Made by a program: the position numbers and the translations under genes. Under the pieces are notes generated by a model. It was not told the DNA's origin and did no database searches. It saw only the letters and a list, made by a program, of their open reading frames with translations. This document shows positions 24,499-35,859 of a DNA stretch of 64,000 nt, piece after piece; the first letter of the stretch is position 1; every line of letters begins with the position of its first letter. The stretch spans positions 62,001 to 126,000 of the forward strand of contig QPGO01000118.1 of the NCBI GenBank assembly GCA_008632985.1, given 5' to 3'. The DNA is from Psammoneis japonica. Lineage: Eukaryota.

Positions 24499-24815
24499 AT
24501 GCCATCTAAAAAGCACTGCAAGCCAACCTTGACAGCACTCACGTCATTTCTTGACGGGGTGACTTGTCAATGTGAACAAGACTTCACCAACCAGAGGCCA
24601 TTCAAACAACCCCCAACGATGTCGTGGTGGATGGATCTAAAGGCGTGTGGAACGCCCGAACCAGGCGACAACAGCTTGCCCACGCAAGCAAGGTCAAATT
24701 GGTTGGAACACTGGAAGAAGCCCATTTCCAGCCACGTGTCAAACCGATTGGTGCCGTGGAATGTTCTGTCAAATCAAGGCAACCCGACACGATCAACTGA
24801 CATAAAAAACCTTGT
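24499..24815 (+). pseudogene. N-terminal fragment of a Crypton-like tyrosine-recombinase transposon protein
   Basis: KACGTPEP..PTQARSNWLEHWKKPISS..NRLVPWN..GNPTRSTDI resembles stramenopile Crypton N-termini (recalled, not searched). Confidence 0.55.
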
Positions 24816-25668
24816 GCCATGTTTGACATTCATGTTTGACATTCTTTGTTACATGCAGTGCGTGTCTGGGGCTTCATTCTACCTTGTTCAATCCACAACA
24901 TCGCTGGAGCACCCCTTCCAATTGAAGCATGTTTTCTGTGCGCACGGCATCCAATAAATCCATCTGCACAGAATGGAATTTTGCACAACAAAACCAAGCC
25001 TCTTGGATTCCTTGTACAATTTCCATTGACAATGAAACAAGAGTCGCAAAAATCGGCCCAAGGGATGTTGAGATGTCACCGCCGCCAACTCTTGACCATA
25101 AATTCCAATGGCAGCTCAATTTTGATTATTCAACGATAAGTTCCGAAGAGAAAGTCAGCACCGAAAAAACCCAAGCCCCATGGACACCTTGTAGCACACA
25201 CGTCAAAATGATGACAAGAAGTGAGAAACAACACCAAAGACACAACAGCATGTCACAAAAATCCGTCATGTTGGTGCTGCATTCTCACAATTTTTGCACC
25301 GTACCTTCAGCGACAAATCCGCCTCGACGGAATGAACTCAACGCCAGCGCCACTAGACCATCACATTGCTTGTATAAAATCTCCGAATGCTGCAAAAAGA
25401 AACGGGAAAATACGGCAAAAATAGATATAGATATCAGCGACGCAAAGTTCGCCGCGCGTCTTGGAGGGTGCTGTAGGTTGATGTAGCGGAAGTCGGTGTC
25501 TGTGCTTTCCTGGTGACCCTGTAGAAGAAGTACTAGACCCTACGCAGTTGTACCCAGGGTTGTATTCTTTCCGTCTACCTACCTCCACAGTACCACCTTC
25601 GGGTGCGTGCGAGCGCGCGAGCGAAGAACGGTCGACGCATAGACTCACGATGGAGAGTGATGCCGACC

Positions 25669-27207
25669 GACCAGGACAAAACGGGTGACAGCGCGCATCA
25701 CGCGCACAGAAATCCACAACATTCCGATTCAAAAACAACCAACCGTCACCTCGCTCCATGACCGTCAGTTTGTTGCGTCCGTCTCATCCCGGTGGCCTGT
25801 ATTGTTGCTGTACGACACATCAGATCCCCTATTCATCCGCTATGGGCAAAGAAGGCTGCTGATCACTGGTGTATCACGTTCTCGATAAAGATGGAATGTC
25901 GTTTGATGACTTATGCACCATTTTTCGGCACAGAGCGACAGTGCGTGGCAGGTAGAGACGACTCGTTTATTGTGTATGTTGACACCAACTGGCTTGTCTC
26001 GGAAATGTAGCAATCATGTCTATGGACTTATTATTGGGAATAGGCAGCAGTGTAAGTGGCAACCGTGTGCCTTGTTGCGTGCCAGCAGTTGTGTGTGTCT
26101 GCACTTGCACTTGATTTATCTATTGCTTTGGATACACTTCTTTATTATCCCACGTAAGACATATGGAGTGGGCTTTGTTAAGAATTCAGACGTTGCCATG
26201 GGTCGGAAGACTATGTTTCTAAAGAATCTTCCATGTCAATGATGGCGCACTGCTTGTTGCAGACAATGGATTATGGATTCATGGATGGCACACGCGACGG
26301 TACAATTGCGGATGGCATACGTGTGGCATATTTCTTGGTTCAAAGCATGATCATGGAACAGACAGCGGCTCTTTACTTGGAATCACACTTGGTCGTTCCA
26401 ACAGTGTTGATGATGGCGCACTACTCGGTGCAGACAATGGATTCATGGATGATGGATGGCAGAGGGCTCGCCGCCTCTAACACTTTGGGACCATGCTATT
26501 GTGTCTGCAATCGTCAAGGCCAATCCTAGACTGCTGAATTCAACGCCAACCGTTTGAAGGTGGGTTCATGGCTTTGAAAAGTGTGATCCGTACCGCACGA
26601 ATCATCTTGTCTCGGCATACGGCAGTGGTGCAGCACCCATGCCAACACACTAGAACAACACATCTCATGTGCTTGAGCGTTTTTGAGACGAGTTCATGAA
26701 ACGCTTGTCTTTGGTGCATGCAACAGGGACAATTTGAACTTGTTCTGTCGAGTCACAGTTACAGTAATATGACAAGGTATAGATTGCCTGCTTGCTGCGA
26801 GTAGAGAGTAGATAAGACTCAGATGGTCCTAGTGACAGAATGTTAACAAGTGACAAACACACATGCTAAAGATGGATAGGTTCACTGTCCATGTCTCGGA
26901 GCTGTCGGGACATGTTTAGGGTGGCTTCAAGGTCAACTCCATAGCGCCATGCCGTTGAACAATCGTGTGACACATGGCTTTCCAGGCTAATTTTATGCCC
27001 AAGCCTGCACTGTAAATGTGCATTGTTAATAACTGCTTCTTTTTACTGACAATGAAGGAGTTGTTTTGATCTTATTGTATCTAACAACCTTGTCACCTGC
27101 CATTCTCGTAACCGCTTGATGTTAGCGGAGGCTTTTGACATTTGGGATCTTACCTCGATTTTTTGCGCACGAGGCGCGCTGTCACCCGTTTTTTAATTGT
27201 CCTGGTC
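25669..27207. mobile_element. 1.5-kb non-autonomous TIR element carrying a host-gene fragment
   Basis: TIRs GACCAGGACAA(..)AACGGGTGACAGCGCGC at 25669-25714 and 27157-27207; internal PSxxPS-coding remnant on - strand ~26240-26460. Confidence 0.75.
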
Positions 27208-27320
27208 TCCATTTCGCTCGCAAATCGATCATGTGCCCAAAGAATGATCAAGCATAGACCAATGCCAACAATGCTGTCTGCACTGTGATGGACAAGCTGA
27301 TAATTTCAAATGAGCCGAAA

Positions 27321-30300
27321 GATGCTCGTTCGGCCTCTTGAGGTGATCTGAATGCAGGTGCCAAAACCAACTGAATGGGGAGTGGTGGGACTTCACTGGC
27401 GCAGCTGGTCCCCCCCAGTCCCACCCAACAAGCTGAAGCTCTGCATGGCCAGTGGGAGGGAGAGGTGGGAGCGCTTTTGGCCATCCAGCCAACTCTTGTT
27501 TCCAAAGCTCTTTGGAAGAATGAGAGGCAAGCAGCAAACTCATGTGCCAGCTTGGTGCCATGCGTTCAATGTTGGTGATGGGGAGAATGACCGACCTGCC
27601 ATTGAGTCATCAGCTGGCAACGGATCATCTGCACCCCCCCTTTTTTTGGCCCACATGAGGCCAGTGACTTGCACTGCTTTGCTCATTTGGCCTCTTGTGG
27701 TGATCTGAATCTGGGTGCCAGAACCTGGCTGAAGAATGATGGAGAAGAGTTGAGTGTCTGCAGTGCGCACCGAGGGGGCAGCAGTGCACTCTGTGGGATG
27801 CAGCAGAAAGAAGAATTCCAAGGTGGGTGACTGGCCATCATGTTGGCTGGTGCTTGCAAACCAGGTGGTTGGTTGAAGATGCAGCACACAGGATCCAAAA
27901 GAGGATGGTGACAGGGACCAGCCAGTTGGGCACCGCCGGAGGGTCTTCTTCTTTCTTGTGGAAATGTGTTTGGCGGGCAAGTCAGAAATCCATGTTGACT
28001 TGTTGGGGTGTGCAGCATGGATCTGGGCCCCCCATTGTTGCAGCAAACATTTGGCCAATTGAGTGCAGGGCACACTTGGCGGTTCTTGCCTGGACGATGA
28101 GGTTGCCCCTCTGCTGGGTGCAATGATGCCTGTGCAGTGTTGGTGCAGCATTGAGACCTGAAAGAAGACAACCGGGTCTTCGACATCTTGAAGTGGAGGG
28201 TTGATGGCCAGATTGATGCAAAATTTTCACCAGTTTGTCCCAGCAGGTGCAGCAGGAGGAGGAGGCAGAAGGGGTGATGCCATGGGCAATGGCGCACTGC
28301 ACAGCACTCTGAGGTCGCACAGGAGTGCAGTGCAGATGACGGGGTCCAGAGCCACCAGGATGGAGCCTGTGGATGGTGAGTGTCAAAATGGCACAGAAAG
28401 GTGTGGTTGGACAATGACTGCAAGCGTCATGAGGCATTGTCAGCAGCTGCTAAAAGCAGGCTCAGAAAGCAATCATCAAGGGAGAGGCAGCAGTGGTGGC
28501 GGTGATGCTGGCCCCGGTGGCGGAGGAGCTTGGAGGCTGCTTTTGCTGTGGCAGTGGAGCCTTTGCATTGGCAGTGCTTGTTGGACAACCAGATGCTGAT
28601 GCCACTGACGCTTGTCAGTGGCACACAGAACCAAAGCAAAAACAGATTTCACTTTTTTTGTTCTCGCCAAATTGTGGCCCAGCACTTTTCCAACCTTCAT
28701 GATGCCAGCTCAATCTTTCAAACTGAGTTGCCACTTGTCAATTCTTTGTCATTGTTGTTCAACCTCTTTCAGAGCCAGGAAACCATGTCACTCCATTTGA
28801 CATGTGTTTCTTGTGAGAATCAACAGCACCTTCACTGAGTTGTGACTGAGATCCACCCAGTCATTGCGCGAGTCCCATTTGACTCTTGTTTTGTGACAAG
28901 TGCAATGTGGGTCAGCATTGTTGTGACCAGCCATGATGGGGCCCCTGGGGTTTTTGCAGGTGGCTGAATGGCCGGCGATCATCTGCAACATGTTTTGGTG
29001 CTTGTGTCAAGAACGAAACGTGTTGATGAACAAAATTGTTGCATGCATGCCATCTCTGTCCACCAGTCTTCAATGTGCTTGCTTGTCAATTGTGCACTCT
29101 TGCAAACGTTCATTCTTCATCCACAAACAATCTGATTGTGAAACTTGTCAACAAACAAAATCATTGCAAATGTGCTGCTGCAACTCTGTCCATCCATTTT
29201 CAATTTGCACAGTTGTCAATTGTGCATCTTGCAAATGTCAAGTAAAAAACAATTTGACCATTTTTTCCCTTTTTAAGTTGTTGATGCCTGTGTGGCCCGT
29301 TTTGCGGTTGGCAGACACACATTTTTTCACACCACACCACACACAACATCGACACCAACAGCTGCAATGATGTGATGATTTTGTCTTTGCCATTGGGACA
29401 GAATCACCATGGCAGGGAGAGTTGCCAGTTTTGCACCACGGACTTCTGCACCAAATCCGCGCCACATCTGTTGTCCATCAGTGCCATCAAATCTTTCCTC
29501 CCTGCCCCAAGTGTGCCACGCACAGCACACACACATGGCAAGTTGGAAGTGTCCAAGTCATTGCTTGCTGAGAACAGCACTGCAGCGTGGAGTTGGCTCC
29601 GTTCACAAATTTAATGTTGCCTGGACAATGCTGCATGGGCAGGAGTGCTGCTGTGAGTTAACAGAAATGCAATGTGCTGAGTGCAATGATGGTGTTTGTT
29701 TGTTGGTGCCTCCCAAGTTTCTGGTGATTTCATTCCTTTTAGATGGCTGGCGTGTTTGGAGCATTTTTCCCTGCCGCCACTGACAATGTCAATGAACGAT
29801 CAACCATGGGATGAAACAAGTTCTGGCGAGTGAGTGTGCTGTCTTTCAAGCTGTTTCTCTCTTTCAGCACTGCTGCATTTGTCACTTTTTGTCCAACCCA
29901 TTTATTTGCTTCTTGCAGAGGTAGAATTTGTGCACACACCCAGCTCATTGCTTGCTGTCACTGAATCGCCTTCTCATGCTCCGTGGCAAGTGCATCCAGC
30001 ATGCATTCTCTGCATTGACTCATTTTGTTTTTTCTCAACCTCTTTGTTTTGCAATGATGTCTGTTCCCAGTTCTGCAGAAAAATGATGCACAATTGGGTG
30101 ACAAAGAAGAGAGCACAGGGGTGCAGCGCCATTGCTGTGACTGCTGCTGCTGGGAGCGCGGCACCATTTGGGTGACAAGAAAGGATGAGCTGCCACTGTG
30201 ACTGCCACAATTGCTGCTGTGTGACTGTTTTTATTTGCAACTCTGGTGGGGCGAGAACTGCTGCTGCTGTGACCTCTGCTGCTGCAATTGCTGTGGAAGG

Positions 30301-33300
30301 GGATTCCTTTGGTTGGTTGACAACAATGGGACAAGGTGCAGTGCCATGGTGGATGTCCCATGCACATTCTCAGTGCAGACTCTCTTTCTTTGTTTCCTCA
30401 ACCTGCTTGTTTTGCATTGACATTTGTCCCTGCGGCTGTTCCAACAATGGGGTGACAAGAAGGGGACAGGGCATCACTGCAGCACTCTCACTGTGAATGC
30501 TGCTGCAACTGCAGCCATGGCTGTTGTTGCTTGCGACTCTGGTGGGGCAACAACTGCCACTGACTGCTGCTGCTGTGACCACTGCTGCTGCTGTGACAGT
30601 TGGTTGGCAAGAATGGGACATGGTGTGATGCCACGGTGGATGTCCCATGCACGTTCTCTTTGTTGTTCATCAACATTTGCCTCTGCTGCTGCTGCTGCAA
30701 TTTCTGTGGTTGGGCAACAAGAAGGGGATGCAGTGCCAGTTGGGCCATGAGAAAGGCACTTGGCACTGCTGCTGCTGCTGCTGCTGCTGCTGGAACTGTC
30801 ACTTGGGACTGTGGTGGGGTGGCACATTTTCCACCAAATTGTCAACATTGACATTTGTTGGCGGAAACACCCCACTCTCCACCCACGGAACATTCAAGGT
30901 GCCAAACAGGGCATGCGCTGCACTCATGATGCTGACACCATTTGATGCCAAAGGTTGGCTCAATTGCTGCGACAATGGATTGAGTCTGGACACCAAATTG
31001 CAGTGTGTCTTACAAATGACATGGTTTGTCCTGTGCAGGACCTGGTTTGCAATTGCCATCCATCATTTTTGTCCATTTGCTGTTGGATTTCTGCTGAGCA
31101 CTGTGGCTGGGTGACATGCAGCCTCTGCTGGCTCACTGCTCTCTGCTCCAGCTGGCAGCCCCTAAAATGGATCAAGCAACATCTTAATCTGCACACAGTG
31201 CTGCACACAATGTCAGCCTGACTGTTTTTTGCAGATGGCAGCAATGGATGTTTTCCCACCATGGCAAGAGTCCTGCATTGACCAGTTGGTCCACATCATC
31301 CTGCTTCTTCTTGTTTGACATTTTCTTGACTCTCCAAAGACATTTTCAAAGGCATCTCCAGTGCTCTTCTTTCTCCATTTTGACCTGAACCCTGACAATG
31401 ACTTTGGCAAGCACACCCCCGCCCAGCACTGCAGGAAGAGAAGCACTGGGAACAGCAGGGAGAGTTGCTCAGATTTAAACTTGCCAAGGCATGGTCTTTG
31501 CATCTCACAAAGAAAGCAATGGTGCCACTGCTTGGAAAGCCATTGCCAGATGACAGAGACTGGGAAGAATGTCTCATCTTCTTCCCTCTTGCCATCGCCA
31601 CAAATGAGGACAATGGCCGCAGTTCATCAGCCACACATCCTCAGTTCCAAGGGGTTCACTCTGGTGGTGAGTTTTGTGACATGTCTTGCTGGTGTCTCCA
31701 GCAGGAGCAACAAGCTTGCTGGGTGGATGGTGCATGATGCATGGGCCAGTGCCACTTGAAAAACTAAAATGGAGCATGTGGTGGTGGTCCAGATCATCAT
31801 CATCACACCATCAGCACACATTGGTTTGAGTTGCTGCCTGCACAACACGCACCCCGAATGCACTTAGCCTGCATTTGTTGAGTGGCTTCTTGACCCAACT
31901 GCGGTGTCTTTGCACTCTTGATTTTGGAAGCTGCAAGCCTTGTCTTGGGCAGCAGCAGCAGCCCCTTGCACATGATTCCTCCACACAAGAAGATGCCCAG
32001 CTGCGCACAAGGTGAGGAGGCAGTGCCCACCAGCCAACCTGCAAAAACAACAAGGGAACCATCTGTGTGATGATGCAAGCACTCCATTGTCTTGGGATGG
32101 CTTTTGGTGGCTCAACCTGCAAGAAAGACAAGGGAGCCATCTGTGTGACAGTGCAAGCACTCCGTTGTCTTGGGATGGCTTTTGGTGGCTCAACCTGCAA
32201 GCAGGACAAGGGAGCCATCTCTGTGACAGTGCAAGCACTCAGTTGTCTGGGGATGGGCACAAGAGGCTCTGTTGGGTCCAGGAGGAGGCAGCAACAACAG
32301 TGGACTTTTGCCGATGCACAGCCCCTTTTCTTTCTGATGTGATTGGCTTGCTTTGGTGACCCAGCCACCCCACTTGCAGAGGCAAGGCAGGGAGCTTTCT
32401 GTGTGACAGCACAAGTGCCCGGATGTCTTTTGCTGGCCATGGGTGATTCCATTGTGTCCCAGGAGAGCCAACACCAACCTTGGTCGGGGAGCAAAGGCTT
32501 GTCTTGTGTCAATGATGTGGCCCCTTTTCTTTTTGACATGACTGGGGGTGGGCTTCTTTGGTCCAGCCAACACACCTGTGCAGAGACCATGGAGTGAAGC
32601 AAAAACACATTCACTGCAGAAATGACAAAACACAGAGCTGGCACAATCACATTGCAAGCAACACACAGCCAATGTGCGAGCATCTTAATGAGACAAATGA
32701 ATGTTGCAGTTGTCAGAAATGCACAATGTTGCAGAGCAGCTGCAATTGCATCCTTGTCAAGAAGTTTCATTGATCATCATTTCCCACTTGGAAGGTGGCA
32801 TTGATTGTGAACATGAACTGAATCATTTCAAAACCATTGTGGTCACAATCTTGTCAAGATCAAACAAAGAATTAGAGTCATTTTCATTTGAGTGTCAAGT
32901 CCCACTTGGAGTGTTGAAATGATCATCAAAATTGCTTCATGCACAATTGATGAGCACTTGTTAAGAACACAGGATTCTTAACAAGCAAGTGCAAGTTCTG
33001 AACAAGAGCCACAACATTTTCTAGATGATGGCTCATGAAAATGGCATTTGCTGTGCAATTGGTCCTGAGTCCATTTGAGGCCTTGATCAGGAATGCGGCC
33101 CATGTGGGAACACCTCAAAGTTGTGTGATGTGGGATGGTGTTTGGTGTCAGAAGTGCAGTGCTGACAGCACCATGACTGGCTGCATTGTGGCAGCTGGTG
33201 ACCATTGGCAGAAGTGGCGCCAGCTTGTCAGTTCTTGGAAATTGTCCAGGATTGAGCAAAAGTTGGTGGCAAAACAGACTTGGTCATCCAATGTTGTTTG

Positions 33301-34025
33301 GAATGGTGCAACTCACATGAGCGGCACCAGATGCATGTGGCACAAACCATTGGCCAGGTTGATCTCAATGAGGTGGATTCAACCACAAGCCAGGTTGGCT
33401 GAAAGGATGCGTCACAGCAGCCAACCAAGTGTCCGGCCAAATTGCATTGACTCTGCAAGTGCATTGGGATGTGTTGATGTGTTCATCATGCCGCAAAAAG
33501 TGCAGTCAACAATTGGGCATGGTCTGTGCCCATGTTGTGGTGGTGCTTTGATCAGGCAAAAATGCAGCCCTGGGATGTCCTTGTTGCATGGCAAGGTGGC
33601 ACCACCCAGAAACCTTTGTTCACCACATCTGCCATGTCTTTTGCAAGAACTCAATGTGTTTGCATGCAGACTTGTGTGCCCCCCTTGTGATGCTGCCTTC
33701 AAGCTCAGCAGCATTGGACCACGGATGATCAGCCACTGTGGCTGGCATGCCTTGGTGTTTGCAGCCAGTCAGTGTGCGGTGTGCCGTGTGTTGGGGTGCA
33801 TGCTGGTCAGTGGCCCCCAATTCCCAGTTTGCCCCTGCCGCTGTGCAGTTGCAACAAGCAATTGGGGCCTCTTCAGCAAAGCAGATTGGCATCACAAACA
33901 ACTCAGTCACCCAGTTTGCAAGCATGTGCTGATGCGGCGATGTCCTGACCCCACATGAAGTGGCAATGCTGCCTCTCTTTGATTCCACTTGCGGGGGTTG
34001 TGGATGCACAGGTCTGGTCTGTGCA
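27321..34025 (-). mobile_element. DIRS/Ngaro-like relic, copy X2
   Basis: Colinear with 3775-9925 (RGAHKSACKHIEFL, AESMQFGRTL, FFFLLHPTEC); extra segments at ~27406-27475, ~28858-29290 and ~32150-32230. Confidence 0.75.
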
Positions 34026-34029
34026 GAGT

Positions 34030-34620
34030 TGAATTGCACTGCAGCAAAGCATCCCTCTAAAAAGAATGTGTTGATTCAACTCGAGAACAACCCCAATCTT
34101 GAACGCTTGTTGGCATGAGGTGCATGCATGATTTTCTCTCTGCACTCTGTTTTGTTTTCTTTGTCAAACTGCCACAAACACCGCCCTTTGGTCATGGCAT
34201 GACTTTTGTGTTTGGTGCTTTCCTCCACCGACTGACGATGATGACGAAACGTGTGATTGTTGGAATTCCCATCGAATCGCATGACGGTGATGGCCTTGGT
34301 GTTGGGGATGATTCAAATGAAAACTGAGGGCTGCAACAAAACGACCATGACGTTGTTTGCAGGAATCGCCGCAGTGATCCATTGAGCTCGTTTGTGGGAT
34401 TCATAAGTACGTCAGGTCACTTGACGTGGCCTGTTGGCATTGTGTTTCTTTTGGCTACCCTTGCCGGCATTGTCGAGTTGGTGGCGTGTGCGTCGTTTCA
34501 TTTGAGCGTGGGTGGTCAGTTTGGTATGATTGGTTTCTTCACATTGCCATGCTAGTGGCGCTCCTGGTGGCACCGTCTCCTGAAAAGGAAAGCAACGAAC
34601 CGAAACCGAAGGACGCGTAG
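34030..34620 (+). pseudogene. Membrane-protein gene copy 3
   Basis: Same internal deletion junction (GCAGTGAT|CCATTGAG) as copy 2; additional indels. Confidence 0.85.
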
Positions 34621-34916
34621 CTTAGAATACATTCCACGGTCATAACTGCTTGCACAGCCTCACATCAATTTATAATTTGCTATTCAGTGTTCTCCTCCCA
34701 AGACAATTCATTCTAGAGTTATGTGTCTGGCGTTTTGATAGCGATAAATGACACTATTGTTCTTTAAGAATATACACAACTTGGAATGGAAGCATCTTGC
34801 ATTTGCTCATCGCCCGTGGCATGCCTACACTCAAACAGAGCAGGACTCGAAAGCCCAGACCAGAGAAATCTCAATGAGAACAAAAGAGAACCTGGCAAGC
34901 GATCCGGGCTCGCGCA

Positions 34917-35425
34917 TTAGTTGTCCTGCTGTTCGTTTCCATTGCCTTGCGCGTAGTGTGCTCGGTTTCGAGTCATTTTTGTACGTGCTCCTCCTCTTAG
35001 ACGCATAACGTTAACGATCTGATCTCCGTGCCCAATTCCGTACGAACGAACTAGGCGTTCTCCCACCAGGTGTCGTCCACCAAAAATCAGGCGCTGTTGA
35101 TCAGCTGGAGCACGCAAGCCCAATGGTTCATTGACTGTCAGGTGCTCCACTGTTGCCTTCAGATCATCTACCGTGTCGTTGTACTTGACAAATGCTGACA
35201 GGTGCGATGTGTTAGCGTGCGGATCTCGACGTTAAAACCCAACTGCGAGAGCTGCGCGTTTGCATCTCTGTTTTCTCGTTCTAGCTCTCTGTTTTCTCGT
35301 TCTAGCTCTCTGTTTTCTTGTTTGAGCTCTCTGTTTTCTTGTTCTAGCTTCTTATTCTCCTCAAGGGCTTCCAATATGGCTTTGTCGCGTATGGCAGCGG
35401 CAACAAAGCGGCCAAGATCCGTCAT
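34917..35425 (-). CDS. Coiled-coil + ubiquitin-like protein (copy 3; one 1-nt frameshift near 35195)
   Basis: MTDLGRFVAAAIRDK..; after the shift AFVKYNDTV..PADQQRLIFGG..MRLRGG. Could be a pseudogene or an assembly indel. Confidence 0.7.
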
Positions 35426-35859
35426 GATTTCAACTTACACTCTTTGCGTTTTATCTTTTGCGTTGTACGCCCACGCACCACGCACGGCGAGTGGCGAGCA
35501 AGGGGCAAGCGTTGACGTTCTGCACGCGCGGAAACCTGCGGAAACGCGCACTGCTGGTCAATTTTCGCGCACAAATCAAATCTTGCCCGAAGAATGATCG
35601 GGCGGACACATACTGTCTCTAATTCTATGGACAAGCTGACAATTTCAAATGAGCCGAAGGCGACGCCGGCGCGAAAGCGATCTTTTCAAACTTTTCGCAA
35701 GGGTTGACATCACCGACACATGCCGAACATCATCAGGCACAACATCATCCCGTTCTTGACAACATAGGGCCCTATTATCATCATCCATCATCCTTGCTCA
35801 AATAAGTTACTGTACAAGTACTCCCCAACATCGCTATACGGGCTTACATATTAAAAACC

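Larger units (their letters stand above)
12309..25646. mobile_element. 13.3-kb TIR-bounded element containing nested hAT, Gypsy, MITE and Crypton-like pieces
   Basis: 52-bp TIRs GAGTCTATGCGTCGACCGTTCTTCGC..CCCGAAGGT at 12309-12360 and 25595-25646 (one mismatch). Confidence 0.85.

Noticed and set aside
3775..34025. Very many overlapping Cys/His/Gln-rich ORFs in all six frames (also 54875-56330 and 57900-62900)
   Set aside because: Artefact of TpA loss, which removes TAA/TAG stops and enriches TG/CA codons. Not real genes.
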